From the NCBI GenBank assembly GCA_051747085.1, contig JBNJFS010000003.1, positions 1 to 32,736 of the forward strand: a DNA stretch of 32,736 nt, written 5' to 3'. The stretch is from Bacteroidota bacterium (GTDB taxonomy: Bacteria > Bacteroidota > Bacteroidia > Bacteroidales > UBA12077). Both the position numbers and the translations under genes were made by a program. Under the pieces are notes generated by a model, which searched no databases, was not told where the DNA came from, and saw nothing but the letters and a program-made list of their open reading frames with translations. Below, piece by piece: positions 24,487 to 31,725 of the stretch (within the stretch, counting starts at the first letter, position 1; every line of letters begins with the position of its first letter).

Positions 24487-26382
24487 TTAAAAATTATAAG
24501 AAAAACCAACTCCAATTACCTCTCTGAACTGAACCCCTTTGGTTACGCCAACTTGTTCTCCTCCTTCAAATACAGGAATATCAATATCATCATCATAAAT
24601 GATTTGTGTATTTAATGACAAGTTGATATAACGGGTAAGCTTCATCTTTAGGTTTAATTCCCAGTCAATATCAACATTTTGTGGATTATTAGTATAGTTG
24701 GTAAAAAAGTTAATCTTATTTTCCATGAAAATATCTTTGGTAATGTTGTATTTCCAGATAGCCTTAACATAAGCACCAATCTCTTTTCTTATTTTCTCAT
24801 CTGCCCCAACACCAAAACGGGTTTGATCGTAACTTGCCGTATCCGATACAATCGTAAATTTCGATGTAATTGGCGAAATTAAAACCGTTAAATTATTATT
24901 GGGTTTATAATCCAAACCAAATGAAAATACAAGATGCCCCGGGGACATAAATTTAGAAACAGGAACCGAATCATTAGGATAATCATATCCTTTTAAAAGT
25001 TGGGTTTTAAAATTAAATAATAAACTATAATACCAGTTATTAAATGCTGTTCGCCCGTATTTAGAATTAAACTCAAAACGATCATCATTTTTTTGTAATG
25101 GATTGTCTCCGGCTTTTAGATATCCTAATTTATACTCAATATCGGTATTCCAGGTGCGCTGTTTCCCATAGGAGTAATCAAGATTAAACCTGAGAATAGA
25201 AAGAGCAGATAAATTATTTTCACCTCCTTCTACCCAATTTGACTGGTACCCCTGGTTAAATGTAATATCGGCAGTGCTGCCAAAATCCCATATTGGAACA
25301 ATAATATCTACCTTACGAGCCTTTCTTAAACGACTCCTGATTTCATCAGTATCGACCTCCCGCGCTATGATTTTTTGCTGTTTAGCTTTTTCAATATACG
25401 TACCATCTTCCAAAATTAAATCATATGACTGCTCATCCGTTTTTTTAATCCATAAAAGGCCATACTCTCCCCTATTATCATAAATTTTAAAATGCACAGA
25501 ATCAATCTGTTCTTTGGCTGTTTTAAAATGTATTGAATCATCAACCGAATTTTTAAAAATAAGTTGAATTGAATCTTCCGGAATACTATTTAAAATATAC
25601 CTGATGGCATTTCTTATAGAATCATTGAATAAATAAGCGGTGGTATCTTCCGATAAAAAATAAAACTTTTGCTGCTCATACGCTGATTGAAGAAAACTTT
25701 TGACCGAATCAATATTTTTATAGCTGTGCTTATACTGAAATAGTTTATTTATTGCTTGTCTTACAGTGTCATTTCCTTCGTATAAATCGTTTATTAATAA
25801 TTTTTGAATATTTCTGATAACATAATATGAACTGTCAGGTTTATCAAAAACTAATGAATCCTCAAGTTGATTCATATATTCTTCATAGGTCAGTTCTTTT
25901 GTTATTACTGAATCTTTTACAAAAACTGTATCTGTATGACTTATGGTATCTTTTAAAAGAATGGTATCTCTTATGAAAACAGTATCCCTGAACAATATAG
26001 TATCTCTCACAGAGATAGTATCGTTCTGATATATAGTGTCATTCCCTGTAATAGCTAATGAATCTTTCGCTTGAATAGGTTTTATTTCTAATTCAGAAGG
26101 TTGTGCTGATTGAATCGTATCTTGAGTAGAATGAATAGTGTCATTCTTCGGTATAGTATCTAATGTAGGATTTTTATCATCAGAGTTACTAATTCCTAAA
26201 ATTTGCATTAAAGTGTCTTTAATGCGCTCTTCATTATTTAGTTTTTCCAAAGAATCTGTAGTCGTTGTATCTTTACTAAATTGATTGATATATGCTGAAT
26301 TATTATCCTTGGAATAACCAGAACCAATTCCCTGATGACTGAATATAAACAAACCAATAGCTAATATTAAAAAATACCTCAT
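24487..26382 (-). CDS. DUF3078-like outer-membrane beta-barrel protein with N-terminal DT-hexad repeat region
   Basis: 631 aa with a signal peptide. The C-terminal half, ...FNQGYQSNWVEGGENNLSALSIL... ending ...GVGFSYNF, fits my recollection of the DUF3078 barrel (NW..GG motif, terminal aromatic). The N-terminal third carries xDT(I/V)xx repeats. Confidence 0.55.
   Translation of the reverse strand: MRYFLILAIGLFIFSHQGIGSGYSKDNNSAYINQFSKDTTTTDSLEKLNNEERIKDTLMQILGISNSDDKNPTLDTIPKNDTIHSTQDTIQSAQPSELEIKPIQAKDSLAITGNDTIYQNDTISVRDTILFRDTVFIRDTILLKDTISHTDTVFVKDSVITKELTYEEYMNQLEDSLVFDKPDSSYYVIRNIQKLLINDLYEGNDTVRQAINKLFQYKHSYKNIDSVKSFLQSAYEQQKFYFLSEDTTAYLFNDSIRNAIRYILNSIPEDSIQLIFKNSVDDSIHFKTAKEQIDSVHFKIYDNRGEYGLLWIKKTDEQSYDLILEDGTYIEKAKQQKIIAREVDTDEIRSRLRKARKVDIIVPIWDFGSTADITFNQGYQSNWVEGGENNLSALSILRFNLDYSYGKQRTWNTDIEYKLGYLKAGDNPLQKNDDRFEFNSKYGRTAFNNWYYSLLFNFKTQLLKGYDYPNDSVPVSKFMSPGHLVFSFGLDYKPNNNLTVLISPITSKFTIVSDTASYDQTRFGVGADEKIRKEIGAYVKAIWKYNITKDIFMENKINFFTNYTNNPQNVDIDWELNLKMKLTRYINLSLNTQIIYDDDIDIPVFEGGEQVGVTKGVQFREVIGVGFSYNF
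25900..26043 (-). repeat. 8 tandem 18-nt units encoding hexapeptide repeats (N/R/K)-D-T-(I/V)-x-x
   Basis: Plus-strand GTATC/GTGTC recurs at 25928, 25946, 25964, 25982, 26000, 26018 and 26036, exactly 18 nt apart, with a degenerate GAATC at 25910. Translation: NDTIYQ NDTISV RDTILF RDTVFI RDTILL KDTISH TDTVFV KDSVIT. Confidence 0.85.
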
Positions 26383-26466
26383 AAATACCGAATGCCCTTT
26401 TTGAATATATACTCTTTTTATCTGATCAATATATTGTTATCAGGTTTAAAATCTGATAAAAAAACA

Positions 26467-26474
26467 CAAAAATA
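26467..26474 (-). promoter_or_regulatory. -7 promoter box for DUF3078-like gene (minus-strand TATTTTTG)
   Basis: Plus-strand CAAAAATA is the reverse complement of a TAnnTTTG match, 84 nt upstream of the ATG at 26382. Confidence 0.3.
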
Positions 26475-26570
26475 ATATATCTTTTTCACTTGAAGTGCTT
26501 TAAACACCATTTTATTTTCTCTTATGTTGTACAAACATATTTATTTTTAGCTTATTTCTTTTGAAACTTT

Positions 26571-26578
26571 TATATTTG
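26571..26578 (+). promoter_or_regulatory. -7 promoter box (TATATTTG) for the tnaA transcript
   Basis: The only exact TAnnTTTG match on the plus strand in the 373-nt gap upstream of tnaA. It is 27 nt upstream of a mini-ORF ATG (26606) and 177 nt upstream of the tnaA ATG. Confidence 0.35.
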
Positions 26579-26605
26579 TAACTGAAAAAATCACAAAAGG
26601 GTTAC

Positions 26606-26689
26606 ATGAAAAACTTGCTCAACATATTAAGAGTAACCAATAAATTCATTTACCTCAATATTAAGGAAAGAGATTCTTTCTTTTTTTAA
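26606..26689 (+). CDS. candidate 27-codon leader peptide upstream of tnaA (MKNLLNILRVTNKFIYLNIKERDSFFF)
   Basis: Hand translation gives ATG 26606 to TAA 26687-26689. Its distance from the -7 box matches that of bona fide genes in this window. There is no Trp codon and no similarity to E. coli TnaC. It could be fortuitous in AT-rich DNA. Confidence 0.25.
   Translation: MKNLLNILRVTNKFIYLNIKERDSFFF
26666..26687 (+). terminator. weak hairpin plus T7 run (candidate attenuator) in tnaA leader
   Basis: GAAAGA (26666-26671) pairs with TCTTTC (26675-26680) across a 3-nt loop, followed by TTTTTTT (26681-26687). The stem is only 6 bp and A/U-rich, so stability is marginal. Confidence 0.25.
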
Positions 26690-26755
26690 AAAAACTCCCA
26701 AAAAATTTATTTTCATTTTTATAATCAATTTGTTTAATCATAAATCTTATATACT

Positions 26756-28132
26756 ATGGAATTACCATTTGCAGAATCGTATAAAATAAAGATGGTAGAA
26801 ACCATCAAAAAAAGTACCCGTGAACAACGCGAACAATGGATAAAAGAAGCAAAATATAATTTATTTAATTTAAAAAGCGAACAAGTTTTTATTGACCTTT
26901 TAACCGACTCAGGTACAGGTGCTATGAGCGACAAACAATGGTCGGCATTGATGCAGGGTGATGAAAGCTATGCTGGAGCAACATCTTATTATAACTTAAA
27001 AAATACCATAAAAGAACTGCTTGGATTCGAATACTTTTTACCAACTCATCAGGGACGTGCTGCAGAAAATGTGCTTTTTTCTGTACTCATTAAAGAAGGA
27101 GATATTATCCCCGGAAATTCACATTTTGATACGACGAAAGGGCATATTGAGTTCAGAAAAGCTAAAGCTGTAGATTGCACTATTGATGAAGCCTTTGATA
27201 CAGAGCTAGAACATCCTTTTAAAGGAAATATTGATTTAAATAAACTCGAAGAAACCATTAAAAAATATCCTAAAGAAAAAGTTCCTTTTATTGTAGTTAC
27301 CGTTACTTGTAACTCATCAGGCGGGCAACCGGTTTCTATGGAAAATATGAAAGCGGTAAGAAAACTTGCCGACCAGCACGGAATACCCATTATTTATGAC
27401 TCAGCTCGCTTTGCCGAAAATGCATATTTTATTAAAAAGCGTGAAAAAGGATACGAAAACAAAACCATCAAAGAAATTGTAAAAGAGATGTTTTCGTATG
27501 CCGACGGAATGACGATGAGTAGTAAAAAGGATGCTATTGTGAATATGGGTGGTTTTATTGCTTTAAACAGCGAAGATATCTTTAAACAAGCAACCGTTTT
27601 TAATATCATGTTCGAAGGATTTGTAACCTATGGCGGAATGTCGGGTAGAGATATGAATGCTTTGGCTCAGGGACTTGATGAAGGAACTGAGTTTGATTAT
27701 TTAGATACACGCATCAAACAGGTTGAATACCTGGGTAAAAAACTAACTGATTTTGGCATCACGGTACAAAGACCTTATGGGGGACATGCCATTTTTGTTG
27801 ATGCAAAAAAATTCTTACCCAACGTACCTAAAGAGCAGTATCAGGCACAAACTCTGGCTGTGGAATTATATCTTGAGGCCGGCATTCGCGGGGTAGAGAT
27901 TGGAACATTATTGGCAGACCGAGACCCGGAAACAAGAGAAAATCGTTATCCTGCTCTTGAGTTATTGCGCTTAGCCATTCCCCGAAGAGTTTATACCAAT
28001 AATCACATGGATGTGATAGCCGTAGCACTTAAAAATGTTTTGGACCGCAAAGACCAAATAACAAAAGGATTAAAAATTGTCGACGAGGCGCCCATTATGA
28101 GGCACTTCACTGTTGAATTAGAAAGAGCCTAA
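26756..28132 (+). CDS. tnaA: tryptophanase (tryptophan indole-lyase), PLP-dependent beta-eliminating lyase
   Basis: 458 aa. FIDLLTDSGTGAMSDKQW, PTHQGRAAE, FDTTKGH, DSARFAENAYFIKKRE and the PLP-lysine segment MSSKKDAIVNMGG. The motif variants (FDTT.GH, DSARFAENAYFIK) match my recollection of E. coli TnaA better than tyrosine phenol-lyase. Confidence 0.88.
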   Translation: MELPFAESYKIKMVETIKKSTREQREQWIKEAKYNLFNLKSEQVFIDLLTDSGTGAMSDKQWSALMQGDESYAGATSYYNLKNTIKELLGFEYFLPTHQGRAAENVLFSVLIKEGDIIPGNSHFDTTKGHIEFRKAKAVDCTIDEAFDTELEHPFKGNIDLNKLEETIKKYPKEKVPFIVVTVTCNSSGGQPVSMENMKAVRKLADQHGIPIIYDSARFAENAYFIKKREKGYENKTIKEIVKEMFSYADGMTMSSKKDAIVNMGGFIALNSEDIFKQATVFNIMFEGFVTYGGMSGRDMNALAQGLDEGTEFDYLDTRIKQVEYLGKKLTDFGITVQRPYGGHAIFVDAKKFLPNVPKEQYQAQTLAVELYLEAGIRGVEIGTLLADRDPETRENRYPALELLRLAIPRRVYTNNHMDVIAVALKNVLDRKDQITKGLKIVDEAPIMRHFTVELERA

Positions 28133-28144
28133 ACAATTAAAAAA

Positions 28145-28172
28145 AGCCTCGTAAAACTTACGGGGCTTTTTT
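28145..28172 (+). terminator. Rho-independent terminator downstream of tnaA
   Basis: AGCCTCGTAA (28145-28154) pairs with TTACGGGGCT (28058+100 = 28158-28167), a 10-bp stem with one G:U pair and a 3-nt loop, followed by TTTTTT. Confidence 0.8.
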
Positions 28173-28264
28173 ACTAAACAATTGTACATTTTTCCTGTTA
28201 GTCATCAAAATTCATTTTGATAATCTATTTTATTTCATCACTTTTGCCGCGATAAAAATCAAAA

Positions 28265-29593
28265 ATGAAAGATTTAACACAGGGAAAAGAGGGACCGCTA
28301 ATATTAAAATTTGCGCTTCCCATGTTGCTTGGGAATGTGTTTCAACAACTCTATAATATTGTCGATAGCATTATTGTAGGTAATTTTATCGGTAAAGAAG
28401 CTTTGGCTGCTGTGGGGGCCTCGTTTCCCATAATATTTGCTTTCTTATCACTTATAATAGGTATTGCTTCAGGAAGTATGATTGTCATTTCCCAATATTT
28501 TGGAGCTAAAAATATTGAAAAAGTAAAACGTACCATCGACACCCTTTTTATTTTCTTGTTTTTTGCTTCTATCACGATTAGTATTATCGCGATAATTTTT
28601 AGTGAAGATATTTTTACATTTTTAAAATTACCCGAAGAAATTATTCCTACGGCCAAAATCTATTTTAACATTTTTATGGGAGGAGCAATTGTATCTTTCG
28701 GGTTTAATGGTACAAGCGCAATATTAAGAGGTTTGGGCGATTCAAAAACACCCATGTATTTTTTAATTATCTCAACATTTATAAATATCGGTTTAGATTT
28801 GTTATTTGTGGTTGTATTCCACTGGGGCATAGCAGGTGTTGCTATTGCATCAGTCATTGCACAGGGAGGAGCCTTCTTAACCGCTATCATCTATTTAAAT
28901 AAAAACCATAAAATCATTCATTTTACTTTTAGAAACCTGGTTTTTGATAGAAGTATTTTCAAAAAAAGTATTCGTATCGGTTTGCCTACAGGTTTACAAC
29001 AAACATTTGTTGCATTGGGTATGATGGCTTTAATCGGTATTGTAAATACGTTTGGCACCAATGTTATCGCAGCATACTCAGTAGCAACAAGGATTAACTC
29101 ACTGGCCTCCTTGCCAGCCATGAATTTTGCCGCAGCCCTATCAACATTTGTAGGGCAAAACCTGGGTGCAAAAAAAATCGAAAGGGTAAAATCAGGCTTC
29201 ATTGCGACCTTTAAGATGTCTTCTGTTATTTCTCTTACCGTTACTGCTGCTGTTCTTCTGTTTGGGAATTTTATTATGGGTTTATTTACCAATGATAGTG
29301 AAGTAATACGTATTGGACAAGAATACCTGATGATTGTTGGATCCTTCTATATCGTTCTTACGGCAATGTTTTCAATTTCAGGCGTAATGAGAGGTGCCGG
29401 TGATACAATTATTCCCATGTTTACCACATTAATTTCACTCTGGGTTGTTCGTATTCCCGGGGCCCTGATATTATCCAAACACTTTGGCGAAAAAGGTATT
29501 TGGTGGGCTATACCCATAGGATGGATGATTGGTTTATTATTAGCTTATATTTATTACCTTACCGGTAACTGGAAAAAGAAAGTAGTTATTTAA
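28265..29593 (+). CDS. MATE family efflux transporter
   Basis: 442 aa, 12 TM helices. N-terminal ILKFALPMLLGNVFQQLYNIVDSIIVGNFIGKEALAAVG is the hallmark MATE (NorM/DinF-like) opening, with an internal duplication. Confidence 0.9.
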   Translation: MKDLTQGKEGPLILKFALPMLLGNVFQQLYNIVDSIIVGNFIGKEALAAVGASFPIIFAFLSLIIGIASGSMIVISQYFGAKNIEKVKRTIDTLFIFLFFASITISIIAIIFSEDIFTFLKLPEEIIPTAKIYFNIFMGGAIVSFGFNGTSAILRGLGDSKTPMYFLIISTFINIGLDLLFVVVFHWGIAGVAIASVIAQGGAFLTAIIYLNKNHKIIHFTFRNLVFDRSIFKKSIRIGLPTGLQQTFVALGMMALIGIVNTFGTNVIAAYSVATRINSLASLPAMNFAAALSTFVGQNLGAKKIERVKSGFIATFKMSSVISLTVTAAVLLFGNFIMGLFTNDSEVIRIGQEYLMIVGSFYIVLTAMFSISGVMRGAGDTIIPMFTTLISLWVVRIPGALILSKHFGEKGIWWAIPIGWMIGLLLAYIYYLTGNWKKKVVI

Positions 29594-29653
29594 TTTTTGA
29601 TTATCTCTATTAACTTTAAACAAACAAACTTAATACCTGTTAACTATTTTTCT

Positions 29654-29661
29654 TACCTTTG
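29654..29661 (+). promoter_or_regulatory. -7 promoter box (TACCTTTG) for yicC-gmk-nadD
   Basis: Exact TAnnTTTG match 31 nt upstream of the ATG at 29693. Confidence 0.35.
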
Positions 29662-29692
29662 CCCTATAAATTCGAACCTTTGAAAAAAAATC

Positions 29693-30568
29693 ATGATAAA
29701 ATCAATGACCGGCTATGGAAAAGCCGAATGTGAATTAAAAGACAAAAAAGTAACGGTAGAAATTAAAACCTTAAACAGTAAAAACCTCGATATATTTACA
29801 AAAATACCCGGCATATATCGCGAAAAAGAACTGGAAATCCGCTCGGAAATTTCAAAAACTTTAGAGCGAGGAAAAGTTGAATTTGTACTTTATTATGAAA
29901 GCTCTAACGACAGTAAATCTACTACTATAAATACTGCAGTGGTTAAAAATTACTACAAACAATTAAAAAACGTTGCCGATGAATTAAACATCAACGCTCA
30001 GGAACAAATGTTACAAACCATCATGCGATTACCTGACACTCTGGATGTTGAACATGAAGAAATTAATGATGAAGAGTGGGAAATAATTTTAAAGACCATT
30101 CAAAAAGCGATTAAGCAGGTTAATGAATTTCGTTTACAGGAAGGTTTGCATCTGCAAAAAGATATGGAGCAAAGAATAAGAACGATTGAACAGTTAAAAG
30201 AACATTTATCAACCTTTGAAAATGCCCGTATTGAAAAAGTTAAACAACGGCTAAAAGATAATATCAAAGCACTTTTAGAGGATAATGAAATTGACAGGAA
30301 CCGCTTTGAACAGGAAGTGATATATTATCTCGAAAAACTGGATATAACCGAAGAGAAAGTACGATTAACAAATCACTGTCAATATTTTATAGAAATGTTA
30401 CATCAAGGCAACGCTATTGGTAAAAAGTTAGGATTTATCGCCCAGGAAATTGGACGGGAAATAAACACGGTTGGTTCTAAAGCAAACGACTCGGATATCC
30501 AAAAAGATGTTGTTTTGATGAAAGATGAGCTGGAAAAAATAAAAGAACAGGTTCTAAATATTTTGTAA
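29693..30568 (+). CDS. yicC: YicC/YloC family endoribonuclease (stress-induced protein)
   Basis: 291 aa. MIKSMTGYGKAE N-terminus and C-terminal GKKLGFIAQEIGREINTVGSKAND...KDELEKIKEQVLNI, both characteristic of YicC. Confidence 0.87.
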   Translation: MIKSMTGYGKAECELKDKKVTVEIKTLNSKNLDIFTKIPGIYREKELEIRSEISKTLERGKVEFVLYYESSNDSKSTTINTAVVKNYYKQLKNVADELNINAQEQMLQTIMRLPDTLDVEHEEINDEEWEIILKTIQKAIKQVNEFRLQEGLHLQKDMEQRIRTIEQLKEHLSTFENARIEKVKQRLKDNIKALLEDNEIDRNRFEQEVIYYLEKLDITEEKVRLTNHCQYFIEMLHQGNAIGKKLGFIAQEIGREINTVGSKANDSDIQKDVVLMKDELEKIKEQVLNIL

Positions 30569-31134
30569 TGGAAGGGAAACTATTTATCTTTTCGGCACCA
30601 TCGGGATCTGGTAAAACAACCATTGTAAAAAAACTACTGGCTGAAAATATCGGATTGGAGTTTTCTGTTTCGGCAACAAACCGCCCCAAAAGAGAAAATG
30701 AAATTCATGGGAAAGATTACTATTTTTTAAGCACCGATGATTTCAAACAAAGAATAGAAAAAGATGAATTTGTAGAGTGGGAAGAAGTTTATTACAATCG
30801 CTTTTATGGTACGCTAAAAAGCGAATTACAAAGAATTTGGAATAAAGGAAAACACGTAGTGTTTGATGTAGATGTTGTTGGAGGATTAAATATAAAAAAA
30901 AAATATCCACAAAAAGCGCTCTCAATATTTGTAATGCCACCTAATATAAAAGTGTTAGAACAAAGATTAAGAAACAGGTCAACCGATAGTAATGAAGATA
31001 TTAAAATTAGAGTTGCCAAAGCAAAAATGGAATTAGAATTTGCCCATCAATTCGACCTGACTATTTTAAACAAAGACCTTGGGCAAGCTGTAAATGAAGC
31101 TAAACAGGCTGTAATCAATTTTATAAATCAATAA
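30568..31134 (+). CDS. gmk: guanylate kinase
   Basis: 188 aa. P-loop SAPSGSGKTT, SATNRPKRENEIHGKDYYF, EWEEVYYNRFYGT. The start overlaps the yicC stop (TAATG). Confidence 0.95.
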   Translation: MEGKLFIFSAPSGSGKTTIVKKLLAENIGLEFSVSATNRPKRENEIHGKDYYFLSTDDFKQRIEKDEFVEWEEVYYNRFYGTLKSELQRIWNKGKHVVFDVDVVGGLNIKKKYPQKALSIFVMPPNIKVLEQRLRNRSTDSNEDIKIRVAKAKMELEFAHQFDLTILNKDLGQAVNEAKQAVINFINQ

Positions 31135-31140
31135 TAACCC

Positions 31141-31716
31141 ATGAACATCGGATTATTTTTTGGTTCTTTCAACCCCATTCATATCGGGCATTTGGCCATT
31201 GCCAATTATATGGTTGAATTTGGAGGCCTGGATGAAGTTTGGTTAATCGTTAGTCCGCACAACCCGCTAAAAAATGAAGAAACCCTGTTGGACGAAACCC
31301 AACGGTTAAAAATGGTTCAACTGGCTTTGTCCGAAAATTCAAAAATAAAACCATCAGCGGTTGAGTTCAATTTACCCAAACCATCGTACACCATCGATAC
31401 ATTAAACTATTTATCGGACAATTATCCCGATAAGCAATTTAAAATCATTTTAGGTACCGATAATTTTAAATCATTTCATCAATGGAAAAGTTACAGGAAG
31501 ATATTAGCAAATTATGATATATTGGTATATCCAAGGGCAGGATATGATATCGGTGAATACAAAAAATATCCGAATATATCCTTGATTGATGCACCCTTAC
31601 TGGAGATATCGTCTAGTTTTATCCGTAAATCATTACAAAACGGTAAAAACGTACAATATTTTTTACCTTGCGGAATATACGATTATATCAAAACAAATCA
31701 TCTTTACGAAAAATAA
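31141..31716 (+). CDS. nadD: nicotinate-nucleotide adenylyltransferase
   Basis: 191 aa. GLFFGSFNPIHIGHL (the (H/T)xGH nucleotidyltransferase motif) and EISSSFIR (the ISSTxxR-like motif). Confidence 0.9.
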   Translation: MNIGLFFGSFNPIHIGHLAIANYMVEFGGLDEVWLIVSPHNPLKNEETLLDETQRLKMVQLALSENSKIKPSAVEFNLPKPSYTIDTLNYLSDNYPDKQFKIILGTDNFKSFHQWKSYRKILANYDILVYPRAGYDIGEYKKYPNISLIDAPLLEISSSFIRKSLQNGKNVQYFLPCGIYDYIKTNHLYEK

Positions 31717-31725
31717 AAAAAGACA

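Noticed and set aside
26606-26689. Homology of the tnaA-upstream mini-ORF to enterobacterial TnaC
   Set aside because: The peptide has no Trp, no Pro and none of the W-x3-D-x7-P spacing that defines TnaC. Any regulatory role would have to be mechanistically independent, so I report it only as a positional and structural observation.
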